Assembly (NCBI GenBank): GCA_040752695.1
Contig: JBFMGO010000059.1
Coordinates: 1-34,766 of the forward strand
Source: a bacterium
Lineage (GTDB): Bacteria > SZUA-182 > DTGQ01
Direction of reading: 5' to 3'
Length of the DNA stretch: 34,766 bases
The position numbers were made by a program, and so were the translations under genes. Below, in pieces: positions 1 through 9,346 of the stretch. Below the pieces are notes generated by a model, which was not told the origin of the DNA, made no database searches, and saw nothing but the letters and a program-made list of their open reading frames with translations. Every line of letters begins with the position of its first letter. Position 1 is the stretch's first letter.

Positions 1-522
1 TTTGATACGCAGCACAGCCTCTCTTTTCATAGCCTTGAGCGGGCATCCGACATCCCTGATATTTTCATCGATAACTCTATTTCGCACTGCATTGCCTACG
101 CGGGAGGATATGCGTTTTATAAAATTATCTGCCCGGACTTTTCTATACCCTACCACTGCATCGTACTCTCCGAGTTGCTCTAATAACAACCGGATATCAT
201 GAGCATCAACTTGAAGATCGGCATCCATGGTGATAATGATATCGCCTTTAGCCATTTTAAATCCTGCATCGAAGGCTGACGTCTGCCCGTAATTGCGATC
301 GAAGAAAATGAGGTGAAAATGTGAATCTTCCGTGCATATGTGTTTGATAATCAGCCGGCTCCTGTCCGTACTGCCGTCATCTACGAAAATAACCTCGAAA
401 GAGCCGCTGATCCTGTCCATGGCACTGAGAATATTGTCGCGCAAGGCAAGCAGGTTGTCCTCCTCGTTGTAGACAGGAATAACGAGAGAGTATTTTACCG
501 GGGAACCGTAGTTTATGCTCAT
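1..522 (-). CDS. GT2 glycosyltransferase, polyprenol-phosphate glycosyltransferase (ArnC/DPM1-like), runs off window edge
   Basis: Manual translation (absent from ORF track): MSINYGSPVKYSLVIPVYNEEDNL...EVIFVDDGSTD...RNYGQTSAFDAGF...IITMDADLQ; GAGGA upstream of ATG at 522. Confidence 0.9.
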   Translation of the reverse strand, partial: MSINYGSPVKYSLVIPVYNEEDNLLALRDNILSAMDRISGSFEVIFVDDGSTDRSRLIIKHICTEDSHFHLIFFDRNYGQTSAFDAGFKMAKGDIIITMDADLQVDAHDIRLLLEQLGEYDAVVGYRKVRADNFIKRISSRVGNAVRNRVIDENIRDVGCPLKAMKREAVLRIK

Positions 523-578
523 GCTCTTTCCTCATTACAAAAAGCAATGGAAGGTCAAACCTTTTGATAACTTTAACC

Positions 579-608
579 AAGATATAATAAGGCGAGCTGA
601 TTTGTCAA
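579..608 (-). promoter_or_regulatory. Possible sigma70 promoter for the 1-522 gene
   Basis: Minus strand TTGACA-18 nt-TATCTT. Confidence 0.3.
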
Positions 609-619
609 GATTATTTCTA

Positions 620-1780
620 TCAGTTGTCCTCTTCGAACAGGAGTTGGTGAAATTGATGGGCCGAGTTTTCCCAGGTTTGGTTTTTCAGCTTCTTCTGGGC
701 CTGGTCGATCAGTTGATTCAACTTTTCCTGGTTCATGAGGTAGTACTGCACCTTATGGAAAAGATCCTGGGGGTGACTTTCGATAAAGATTAACTCATCC
801 TGAGAGAAGAAATCGGCGGCACTGCCGTCTGCAAGGTCTATGACGGGCAGCCCTGAAGCGATCATTTCGTAGTTGACTAAAGAAATATTGGTTAAGGAGG
901 CAATGAGGCCAAAGTGGACGTTTTGATAGAGACTTTTGAGTTGATCGGCAGTCAGCTTGCCAAGGTTGTTACCAATAGGCATTTTTAGATACTTTTCGAG
1001 GCCGAAAAAGTTTATTTCAACGATCAGCCCTGCTTCCTCCAGCTTCTTCGATAAGTAACTCAGGTGCTCTACCAGGAGAAATGGTGCCCGTTTAGGGTCC
1101 CGCTTCAGGTAAACCGCGAATCTGACCACCCTTTGGATTTCAATCCTTCTTTTTTGAATTGCATACTGCTTGATCTCAAAGGGGAAGTCGATGCAGGAGA
1201 CACGGGTATTCGGAACAAACCGCTCGATCATTTTCCTGTTCCACCGGCCAAGGCTGATCATCCGAAATCCCATCTTATAGGTATTCAGGGCCATCAGGTA
1301 ATAGTCGCCAACCGGGTAAAAGAAGGGTTCAAAGTCCTGGATGAAATAGGCTTTCCGCGCGAAACGGTCCTGATAGGCCAAAAGGTGGTAACATGATATC
1401 CACTTAGTGGCAATGCCGATATCAAACCGGTAAGCAGGCCACGTTCTTCTTTCCAGAAAAGTACCCCGATATCCAGGCAGGTTGGCCTCGGCATTCATTT
1501 CCATGCTCTTTTTTGAATCTTGACTGTAGGTAAGGTAATAAACTTCGTGACCAAAATTGCACAGGTAGGTTCCCAGGCGCAGGATAGAGGTATGCCCTCC
1601 GCTATAGCGTGACATCCCTGGAATCACAAAGGCTATTTTGTAAGGGTTTCGGTGTTGAAGGGGCTGCTGCTGGCAGTGCGCGGAGTTGCTGCTGCTGATA
1701 ATGGCCAATTCACGGGAAAATTTTTCAACCTTGTGCCTGTATCTGATAGACTTTATAGAGCTCTTTAAAAATGAGGTCAT
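620..1780 (-). CDS. GT-B glycosyltransferase, WsaF-like (putative rhamnosyltransferase)
   Basis: IAFVIPG...SGGHTSILRL, IATKW, YFIQDFEPFFYPVG...ALNTY, TNISLVNYEMIASGLPVI. Confidence 0.75.
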   Translation of the reverse strand: MTSFLKSSIKSIRYRHKVEKFSRELAIISSSNSAHCQQQPLQHRNPYKIAFVIPGMSRYSGGHTSILRLGTYLCNFGHEVYYLTYSQDSKKSMEMNAEANLPGYRGTFLERRTWPAYRFDIGIATKWISCYHLLAYQDRFARKAYFIQDFEPFFYPVGDYYLMALNTYKMGFRMISLGRWNRKMIERFVPNTRVSCIDFPFEIKQYAIQKRRIEIQRVVRFAVYLKRDPKRAPFLLVEHLSYLSKKLEEAGLIVEINFFGLEKYLKMPIGNNLGKLTADQLKSLYQNVHFGLIASLTNISLVNYEMIASGLPVIDLADGSAADFFSQDELIFIESHPQDLFHKVQYYLMNQEKLNQLIDQAQKKLKNQTWENSAHQFHQLLFEEDN

Positions 1781-1794
1781 CTCTTTTTCTGTTT

Positions 1795-2793
1795 CTATTT
1801 AATATGAGGATTAAAGATAAGGGAAGCGAAAGAGGCCAAGGTATTTGTCCAGATAAATTTCAGCTTATGGGATTTTCTTTTCCTTGCTAGCTTAAGGTTC
1901 CCTTGAGAGATATTTTTTATAAACGCTGAAATATATCGAGACAGGCCGTGCTGTTTTTCCATAAATAGCTTGTTCCTGACATCATAGTAATATTTCCAGG
2001 CATTTTCCGGCGTATCCCGGAAAATGTTGACCTGGTAGTTATCCTTGGTTTTGTGACGGACCGTACTCTCCCTGACATACAGGCCGATATACCCCGCATT
2101 GATGATTCTCCCCGTATATTCGATGTCATCACCCCAGATGAACAATTGCCTGATCGGATACCCAACCTTTCCGACCACATCTCTATGAATCAGGAGAGAG
2201 ACAAAGGATGCCCCTTTCACAATCAGCATTCCCTCATCTTCAAGTTCATTAAAGGGCAGACCATTGGTGATCGGCTGGATCTGAGGAATATTCATCTTAT
2301 GGATGGCTTTGCCTTCCCAGATAACCTTGCTGCAGGCAAATCCCAACCGATATCCTGAAGGAAGTCTTTTAACCTTCTCGGTCAGGTTTTGTAAAGCATG
2401 CTCTGAAGGTATGGTGTCATCATCCATTAACCAGAACCAGTCGTATCCCTTTTCGCGAGCTCTCTTTAAGCCTTCATAAAAACCTCCCGATCCACCGGTA
2501 TTCCTTGGCATTCTCATATAATGAAGGTTTATGCTCCGGCCATCGATGGAGTTATGAATAGAGGAGGTCTTTTCCCAGGGTGTCTTCAAATCGTCTGGGG
2601 GCAGGTTCTGAAGATACCTCTTTTCCATGAGTGTCTCCGGGGTCTGATCCGAAGAGGCATTATCAACCAGGTAGATGGCATCAAGTGGTTCTTCCTGGCT
2701 CCTGAGTGCCTGAAGGCACTCTAAAAGTAATTCTTTCCTTTGGTAGGTCACCACTATGGCACAGACTGTTTCTTTTTCATTCGCCTGCATCAC
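1795..2793 (-). CDS. GT2 glycosyltransferase (GlfT1/rhamnosyltransferase-like)
   Basis: AIVVTYQRKELL, VDNASSD, NTGGSGGF, WFWLMDDD, FIWGDDIEY. Confidence 0.88.
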   Translation of the reverse strand: MMQANEKETVCAIVVTYQRKELLLECLQALRSQEEPLDAIYLVDNASSDQTPETLMEKRYLQNLPPDDLKTPWEKTSSIHNSIDGRSINLHYMRMPRNTGGSGGFYEGLKRAREKGYDWFWLMDDDTIPSEHALQNLTEKVKRLPSGYRLGFACSKVIWEGKAIHKMNIPQIQPITNGLPFNELEDEGMLIVKGASFVSLLIHRDVVGKVGYPIRQLFIWGDDIEYTGRIINAGYIGLYVRESTVRHKTKDNYQVNIFRDTPENAWKYYYDVRNKLFMEKQHGLSRYISAFIKNISQGNLKLARKRKSHKLKFIWTNTLASFASLIFNPHIK

Positions 2794-2851
2794 AGTTAGA
2801 AATGTTTCCTTTTATTAGGTATCTTTTCAGACACTTTCTCGTGATCATATT

Positions 2852-2884
2852 GTAGAGACGCCCCATGAGCTTTCATGTCTCTCT
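2852..2884. repeat. Degenerate GTAG-type REP-like palindrome
   Basis: GTAGAGACGCCCCATG...CATGTCTCTC; AGAGAC/GTCTCT arms. Confidence 0.3.
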
Positions 2885-2905
2885 CCATTTGTAGTTTGAC
2901 AATGA

Positions 2906-4573
2906 TTAATCTATTCTGGCACAAAAATCAGCCTGTTGATGAGAGAAATTCGGATTGTAAAATGGATCGTTTGTATAAATTTCACTCCAAACTTGCTGTA
3001 TATAGATACATTCCTTCCTTGTTTCGGATTTAAATTTCCCTTTCCTTGAAGCCGCTTCATGGTGGTAAAGAATGCAATGAGGATTATAGACCGTATGGTA
3101 ACCGGCCTTCAATAGCTTGTAACATAAATCTACATCATTCCCTTCGACAGCCAGACATTCGGTAAGCCCGCCTACTTCCTGATATTTTTCTTTTGAAACC
3201 ATAAGACAGGCACCCGCGACACCACTATACTCCCTTATCAGGTTATTGTAGTGTTTATAGCCTCCTCTATATGCACTGAGGAACTTGTTTATATGGGGTT
3301 CACCCTTACCAATTACCACCCCGGCATGTTGAATGGTGTGATCTGGGTATATGAGCTTGGCACCAACCGCCCCCACTTCAGGGCGTTGAGCCAAACCGAG
3401 TAAAGTTTCCATCCAATCTGAAGCAATCACTTCTGTATCATTATTCAATAAGAGTAAATATTCACCTTCAGCCGCTTGAGCGCCCATGTTGTTTAATTTT
3501 GAATAGTTAAAGTCTATGTCTGCCTTCATGACTCTATGTCTTATGCTTTTCAGGTATTCGAAAGTCTCCCTCTCTTCACTTCTATTATCGATGAGGATAA
3601 TTTCATAATTATGATACGTTGACTTTGCCTCAATACTTTGAATGCATGATTTTAAAAGTGTAACTTTGTCTTTAAACGGAATGATAATTGATATCTTAGG
3701 GCTCCCTTGAGGATAGAACGCCAATTGGTTAAACCCCGGTATTTCGTAATTTAAAATCCTTGCATTAAAGTGTCGGGCATTTATCTCGTCATGAATAATG
3801 TCTTTGGTTGAGGTATCTTCCAGCTTGTCGGCATTCTTCCAATGTCTGTGATAGAGCACATCCGCAATTCTTTGAGACCTTGCTCCTTTTCTCATGATAT
3901 GTAAGACCAGCCTATACAGTGAGGACTGATCTATTCTCCCGGCATCCTTAATTTCCTGAACGACTTGATCGGTCAGCTTCAGGCATAAAAAAGCATTCAT
4001 ATAATTATGGCTCATTAAGAGCAGTGGAGCGTATTGCGGCTTAAAGTAGGGACTTACCCTTATTCCAAACCTGTTGATCGTATCCTCGTCACTGAAAATT
4101 AATTCTATACTGCTGTCGGCTTGAATTGCCTGAGCCAGGCTGCTGAGAGCATGCCCTGCTATAAGGTCATTCTGCTCAATAAAACAGGCGTGGGAATATT
4201 TTTTTTTATCAAGTCCGGCAGCCAGGTGGCTGATATCACCGCTTGCCACAACGAAATCATGATTTATAAGAGTTTGTTTATTCAGGCATCTTAGAACCTT
4301 GGAGAGAGATGATCTATCCAGCTTTCCGTAAAAAAAATAGATGATTATAAACCTTATCCCTGGAATGCTATCAATACTATCCATTTTACGTCGCTTCCTG
4401 GAATTATTGTATTTCCAGATAGAGTACCGTATGATACTATCACGTTTTAAACGTTTATCCAGTTTGTTGAGAATATAGCTACGGAGTCTGGCCCAGGTAG
4501 GCTTTAAGTCCCCTCTGACAAGATCCCTGCTAAAACCTGATACTATGGCTGGAACGTCTTTTAGCTTAGGCAT
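2906..4573 (-). CDS. Two-domain GT2 glycosyltransferase (RfbC/WsaE-like); N-terminal GT domain looks degenerate
   Basis: FSDED...PYFKP; KISIIIPFKDK, IDNRS, FNYSKLNN, LLLNNDTEV, VGAVGAKLIYPDHTIQHAG, GNDVDLC, DPFYNPN. Confidence 0.9.
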   Translation of the reverse strand: MPKLKDVPAIVSGFSRDLVRGDLKPTWARLRSYILNKLDKRLKRDSIIRYSIWKYNNSRKRRKMDSIDSIPGIRFIIIYFFYGKLDRSSLSKVLRCLNKQTLINHDFVVASGDISHLAAGLDKKKYSHACFIEQNDLIAGHALSSLAQAIQADSSIELIFSDEDTINRFGIRVSPYFKPQYAPLLLMSHNYMNAFLCLKLTDQVVQEIKDAGRIDQSSLYRLVLHIMRKGARSQRIADVLYHRHWKNADKLEDTSTKDIIHDEINARHFNARILNYEIPGFNQLAFYPQGSPKISIIIPFKDKVTLLKSCIQSIEAKSTYHNYEIILIDNRSEERETFEYLKSIRHRVMKADIDFNYSKLNNMGAQAAEGEYLLLLNNDTEVIASDWMETLLGLAQRPEVGAVGAKLIYPDHTIQHAGVVIGKGEPHINKFLSAYRGGYKHYNNLIREYSGVAGACLMVSKEKYQEVGGLTECLAVEGNDVDLCYKLLKAGYHTVYNPHCILYHHEAASRKGKFKSETRKECIYIQQVWSEIYTNDPFYNPNFSHQQADFCARID

Positions 4574-4820
4574 TTCAGCTCTTAATTTTTACTTCTGCCA
4601 TTGGGAACGACGAACTTCTCCTCACTCACTGCTCAGGTAATTTGATACCGAATTATAGTCATTCCTGATAGGAATGTTTATAGAAAATCTGAAGACTATG
4701 ATAAAATAAAGAATAATGAGTGCTACATCCGCAGCAGAGAACGAAATTGGGGGGCTTCACGGATTTTTCCTTGTTACCAATAAGTAAAAAAAGCCTGCTG
4801 ACAGAATAATATTTACCCTC

Positions 4821-4849
4821 AATATAACTAATTTGAATGTATTTGGCAA
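4821..4849 (-). promoter_or_regulatory. Sigma70-type promoter for the leftward GT cluster
   Basis: Minus strand TTGCCA-17 nt-TATATT. Confidence 0.5.
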
Positions 4850-4887
4850 GACCAATATTATTTACGTATAAGTGTATAAGGGTTGAT

Positions 4888-4976
4888 ATTCCGCGTCATT
4901 CCTGCGAAAGGAGAATGCCGGTTTTTTTTCGATAGCGAGTCTTTCTGAATTTCCTCCCGCGCGGGGATGACGGAAT
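4888..4976. repeat. Degenerate GTCAT-type palindromic repeat element
   Basis: ATTCCGCGTCATTCCTGCG ... CGCGGGGATGACGGAAT terminal inverted arms. Confidence 0.5.
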
Positions 4977-5027
4977 TTGATGCCTTTTTTGAAAGGCGTT
5001 TTACCTTATCACTCTAAAGGTAAGAGC

Positions 5028-6071
5028 ATGAACAAAGCTAAAAGTGTGAACAAGATCCTATTTATTTATCAGGATGCGAGGATGCCAAGCAGCAGGATCA
5101 GAGTATTGAACCTTCTGCCGGAAATGCGTAAAGAGGGGTTCCATCTATCCGCGGCCATGTACCCCAGGGCGATTGTTGAAAAGATCAAAATGCTCAGGCA
5201 ATTCAGGCAATTTGATATTATTTACTTGCAAAAAAAGCTCCTTCCCCCGCTTGAAGTTAAACTTTTCAGGCGGTATGCCAGGAATCTGGTTTTTGATTTT
5301 GACGATGCTATTTACTACAATGACGATAATCATACCGTAATGAAAAGCATATCAAGGTATTTGAAATTTCAAGTTCTTGTCCGGAACGTTGATCTTGTGG
5401 TCGTAGGTAACAGAATTCTCGCTGGCTATGCTGCCCGATTCAATAAAAACGTAACCATCGTTCCTTCGGCAGTGGAAACACGCGGTATCCCCTTGAAATG
5501 CCACGAAGGCTCCGACAGTGGCAAGGTCATCATCGGCTGGGTAGGCGGAAAAGGGAATCTGCACCATCTGGAAATGTTATCCTCCGTGCTTCAGCGCCTG
5601 TCGCGGGTTTACAGGATTCAGGTAACCATTGTCTGTGACGCGGCCATAACAATTCCGGATGTTGAAGTAAAGTATGTCCCCTGGGACATCGAGACGCAGG
5701 ATCAGGAGATAGCTCTTTTTGATATTGGTGTGATGCCCTTACCCGATAATAAGTGGGCGGAGGGTAAATGTGGATATAAGGCTCTGCAATACATGGCTGC
5801 TTCTGTCCCCCCTGTCTGTTCGGATGTCGGCTGTAACAGAGACATTATCGAGCATGGCCGTGAGGGATTTATCGTTTCATCAATAGACGATTTTTACCAG
5901 GCACTTGATACCCTTATCAGCGATAAAGTGCTCAGGAAAGATATGGGCATCAATGCCCGCCGGAAAGTTGAGAAGTACTTTTCAATTCCAGTTGTGGGAA
6001 AGAGACTCGCAGATGAAATTACTTCTCGCCTTTTGCCTGTTGATAAATATGAGAATCTCCCCCTTTTGTAA
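5028..6071 (+). CDS. GT4 glycosyltransferase
   Basis: PSSRIR, FDFDDAIY, IGWVG, DIGVMPL, GKCGYKALQYMAASVPPVCSDVG; start placed at ATG 5028. Confidence 0.9.
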   Translation: MNKAKSVNKILFIYQDARMPSSRIRVLNLLPEMRKEGFHLSAAMYPRAIVEKIKMLRQFRQFDIIYLQKKLLPPLEVKLFRRYARNLVFDFDDAIYYNDDNHTVMKSISRYLKFQVLVRNVDLVVVGNRILAGYAARFNKNVTIVPSAVETRGIPLKCHEGSDSGKVIIGWVGGKGNLHHLEMLSSVLQRLSRVYRIQVTIVCDAAITIPDVEVKYVPWDIETQDQEIALFDIGVMPLPDNKWAEGKCGYKALQYMAASVPPVCSDVGCNRDIIEHGREGFIVSSIDDFYQALDTLISDKVLRKDMGINARRKVEKYFSIPVVGKRLADEITSRLLPVDKYENLPLL

Positions 6072-6075
6072 GCCC

Positions 6076-6104
6076 TTGACAATGGCGGCTTTTGGCTTTA
6101 GAAT
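6076..6104 (+). promoter_or_regulatory. Near-consensus sigma70 promoter of the first TA cassette
   Basis: TTGACA(6076-6081)-17 nt-TAGAAT(6099-6104). Confidence 0.75.
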
Positions 6105-6109
6105 GCACT

Positions 6110-6217
6110 ATGAAACAGGAAGAGAGCGGACTCATGGCTCGTTACCTTGTGATCCAGCTTGAGGGCCATAGGCTTGAAGGAAAAATAAAAAGCACAGGGA
6201 TGAAATGGAAGAATTGA
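6110..6217 (+). pseudogene. Internally deleted MNT antitoxin remnant (35 aa)
   Basis: MKQEESGLMARYLVIQLEGHRLEGKIKSTGMKWKN*; tail resembles MNT C-termini, GSx10DxD core absent; directly upstream of a HEPN gene. Confidence 0.5.
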
Positions 6218-6235
6218 GAGGGAAACGGGCTCAGT

Positions 6236-6818
6236 ATGGAGAGGATGAAATTTAATTTCCTCAAAGCCGAAATAGATAATCAGGTTAAAGAAATAGATAA
6301 GATATACGAAGAGATAGAAGACAGGCAGCGGGGGGGCAGAGCAGAGCATACCAATGCTCGAAAGCCTGGGCTATCAGTTACATAATCTCTATTGTGCCTT
6401 TGAAGACTTTTTCAAAATAGTGGCCCGGTACTTTGAGAGCCAGGTCAAGGATATCTCCCGATATCCCAAGGAACTGCTGCGCCGCATATCTCTCCCTGTG
6501 GAAGGTGTGCGTCCCCGCTTGATTTCGGAAGAGTCCTACAGGGAACTGGATGATCTGCGTGCCTTTCGGCATTTTTTCCGGCATGCATATTCTTATGCGC
6601 TACGCTATGAGAAAGTAAAAATTCCGATGGACAGTGCCAGGAGGCTGCAAGGTTTTTATAAAAGAGACATTGCCCAATTTTTAGACAATGCGAAGACAGC
6701 CATTTCAGGCCCTTCGCCCCGGCCTTCTTCTTCCCCAAACGGGAGGGGAGTATGGCGGATTTTAATGGCGGTATCTATGCTTCGTCAGATAAACCATGAA
6801 GATAGCCCTTATCCATAA
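6236..6818 (+). pseudogene. HepT-like HEPN RNase toxin, frameshifted at a G7 tract
   Basis: MERMKFNFLKAEIDNQVKEIDKIYEEIEDRQR joins LESLGYQLHNLYCAFEDFF...FRHFFRHAY (Rx4H) if one G of 6330-6336 is removed. Confidence 0.8.
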
Positions 6819-7956
6819 GACATTTTCCTCCTACGGTGGCACGGAAAGATATATAACCAACCTTTCCGGTGCGCTTCTTAAAGCAGGACATGAGGTCCAC
6901 ATATTCGCCAACACCTGGGCGGATGCTGACGGCATCCAATTCCATAGGGTTCCGCTCTGGAAGTTCGGTAAAGCGGTCAAGATCCTTTCATTTGCCTGGT
7001 TTGCCCGTAACCTCATTGAAAAAACGGATTTCGATATCGTTCAGGGATTTGGAAAGACGGTAAAACAGGATATTTTCAGGGCAGGGGGAGGAGCACATAG
7101 AGCATGGATGAAAGAGTCTTTGATGGCCATAAAAAACCCTTTTCTGAGGAATTTAAAATATATCAAAAGAGTGGTATCCCCTGCCCAGTGGTTGACAATC
7201 TCCATTGAGAGGCAGACATTCAGAAAGGGGAATTATAAAAGAGTAATCGCCGTATCCGAGAGGGTTAAAAGACAGATAATGGATTATCACCATGTTCCCC
7301 CACAGGACATAGTTGTCATACATAATGGGGTGGATCTTTCTGTCTTTCATACCGATGGCAGACAGGAGACGAGGGGAGGAATAAGAGAGAGATTCGGCAT
7401 AGACGATACAGATATTCTTCTCGTATTTGCATCGACAAACTTCCATCTGAAAGGGCTTGAGTATCTCATCAGGGGGATGGTCAGAGCAGGCAACCCGGCT
7501 CTGAAACTTCTGGTGGTAGGCGGGGATAACAGGCTGCCCTTTGAAAGGCTCGCTTCAAGGCTGGGTATCGTCGAAAAAGTGGTATTTGCAGGGAAGGGGA
7601 AAAACATGAGGGAGTTTTATCAGGCCGGAGATATATTCTGCTATCCAACCCTTTATGACCCTTTTGCCAATGTCTGCCTTGAGGCCATGGCTTGCGCTCT
7701 GCCTGTGATTACCAGTAGAGTAAATGGGGTCGCGGATATCATCCAGGATGGTTTGAATGGCCTTCTTCTCAGAGATCCAACGGATGATGTGGAGATTGCA
7801 GAGAAGATTTCATGGTTGATCGATTCAGGGAAGAGATCCGAAATGTCTGAAATGGCTTACAGACAAGCACCGCAGTATAGTATGGACAGGCATATCGAAA
7901 AGATTCTGACCTTGTACGCAGATGTAGCTGCTGAAAAGAGAGGCGGAGTTGTCTGA
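6796..7956 (+). CDS. GT4 glycosyltransferase, WaaG/RfaG-like LPS core enzyme
   Basis: GGTERY, RAGGGAHRAW, IAVSERVK, HNGVD, KGL, YDPFANVCLEAMACALPVITS. Confidence 0.9.
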   Translation: MKIALIHKTFSSYGGTERYITNLSGALLKAGHEVHIFANTWADADGIQFHRVPLWKFGKAVKILSFAWFARNLIEKTDFDIVQGFGKTVKQDIFRAGGGAHRAWMKESLMAIKNPFLRNLKYIKRVVSPAQWLTISIERQTFRKGNYKRVIAVSERVKRQIMDYHHVPPQDIVVIHNGVDLSVFHTDGRQETRGGIRERFGIDDTDILLVFASTNFHLKGLEYLIRGMVRAGNPALKLLVVGGDNRLPFERLASRLGIVEKVVFAGKGKNMREFYQAGDIFCYPTLYDPFANVCLEAMACALPVITSRVNGVADIIQDGLNGLLLRDPTDDVEIAEKISWLIDSGKRSEMSEMAYRQAPQYSMDRHIEKILTLYADVAAEKRGGVV

Positions 7957-9029
7957 TGGGTGGCTATATTCTTTTTTACCATCGGATATTTCCTCATGGG
8001 CCTGCTTCCGACGTGACGTTGCCGCTCTTTGAATGGGAAATGTCTTATCTTAAGAAGCACTACCAGGTCCTTTCTCTTCATGAGCTTCTTGATTATATAG
8101 ATGGAAGGCTATTTCTCGAAAGGCCCGCTGCTGCCATAACCTTTGACGATGGATGGTTTGATAACTTCGTCTATGCATATCCCGTATTGGAAAAATACGG
8201 CCTGAAAGCTACCATATTTGTCTCCACAGGGAAGATACAGCAGGAGAATAGTATGAGACCCACTCTGAAAGACTGCTGGAATGGGAGAACAACCCTTGAT
8301 CATTTGCAGAAACCAAAAGGCGTAGGAGAAAGCTTTCTGGAGTCCCTCACAGGGAACCTTCAGGAGTTCCTCACGTGGGAGGAACTGAGGTTGATGTATA
8401 AAAGCGGTGTTTTTTCTGTTCAGTCTCACGGAATAGAACATAAAAAGATCTTCTCCGGAGAGGATGTGAAAGGTTTTTTTAAAGGTGACCCAAAATGGGA
8501 TCTCAGGTCGGCTGCAAAGGATTTAAGAATTGGCGTTCCCCTCTATCCCGTTAAAAGTTCACTGGGTGCCAGGGCTTATTACCCGGATCCTTCACTGAAC
8601 GACCATATGGCATCGTTCAGCGCGCAGAAGGACTTGCCATCTGAAGAAGATCTGATGAGAGAGTTTGAGAAATTGAAAAGTCTCTCCCGCCATGGTCCGG
8701 AAAAATGGGAAACGGATGAGGAAATGAAAAAAAGAATCTTTGGCGAACTCACTGAATCCAGAGATAAGATAACTTCCGAAATCGGTGTCACTCCGCATCA
8801 TTTCTGCTGGCCGTGGGGACAGTATACCGATTTAGGGCTAAACCTGGCAAGGGATGCCGGATATCATGCCTGTTATACAACGAAGGCAGGGTCTGTTTCA
8901 ACCTTGACCGATAGATACAGGATGCCGAGGGTCAGCACCAGGGGTTGCAAGCTCACCTTTATCAAAAGGGGACTGATATATACGAATCCAAAAATTTCAA
9001 AGGCATACCTCTCCCTGACCAGAAGATGA
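7956..9029 (+). CDS. Polysaccharide deacetylase (CE4/NodB homology)
   Basis: LFYHRI, ITFDDGWFDN, LTWEEL, SHGIEH, FCWPWG; TGATG overlap with the upstream GT4. Confidence 0.88.
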   Translation: MGGYILFYHRIFPHGPASDVTLPLFEWEMSYLKKHYQVLSLHELLDYIDGRLFLERPAAAITFDDGWFDNFVYAYPVLEKYGLKATIFVSTGKIQQENSMRPTLKDCWNGRTTLDHLQKPKGVGESFLESLTGNLQEFLTWEELRLMYKSGVFSVQSHGIEHKKIFSGEDVKGFFKGDPKWDLRSAAKDLRIGVPLYPVKSSLGARAYYPDPSLNDHMASFSAQKDLPSEEDLMREFEKLKSLSRHGPEKWETDEEMKKRIFGELTESRDKITSEIGVTPHHFCWPWGQYTDLGLNLARDAGYHACYTTKAGSVSTLTDRYRMPRVSTRGCKLTFIKRGLIYTNPKISKAYLSLTRR

Positions 9030-9052
9030 CCAAAGGAGTCACCATTCCTGCC

Positions 9053-9346
9053 ATGAGACTTGATGAGTGCGAGCGCAGGGCTCTCAAACAGTGTCTGTCG
9101 GACTTTAACGGTGAGGTATATCTTTTCGGCTCAAGGCTCGATGACACGAAAAAAGGCGGCGATATCGATATCCTGCTCTTTCCGAGGATAAGTGTCGCTC
9201 ATCCTTTAAAACTATCATTGCGCATTCAAACAAAATTCTTTTCCCTCTGTGAACAGCAGCTTGACGTTGTGGTATACAGGGAGGATGACCCTTTTTACAG
9301 GGAGATAATGAAGGATGCACAGCGACTTGATATTGAACGAATTTAA
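9053..9346 (+). CDS. MNT minimal nucleotidyltransferase antitoxin
   Basis: VYLFGSRLDDTKKGGDIDIL; alternative start at ATG 9026 overlapping the deacetylase stop. Confidence 0.88.
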   Translation: MRLDECERRALKQCLSDFNGEVYLFGSRLDDTKKGGDIDILLFPRISVAHPLKLSLRIQTKFFSLCEQQLDVVVYREDDPFYREIMKDAQRLDIERI

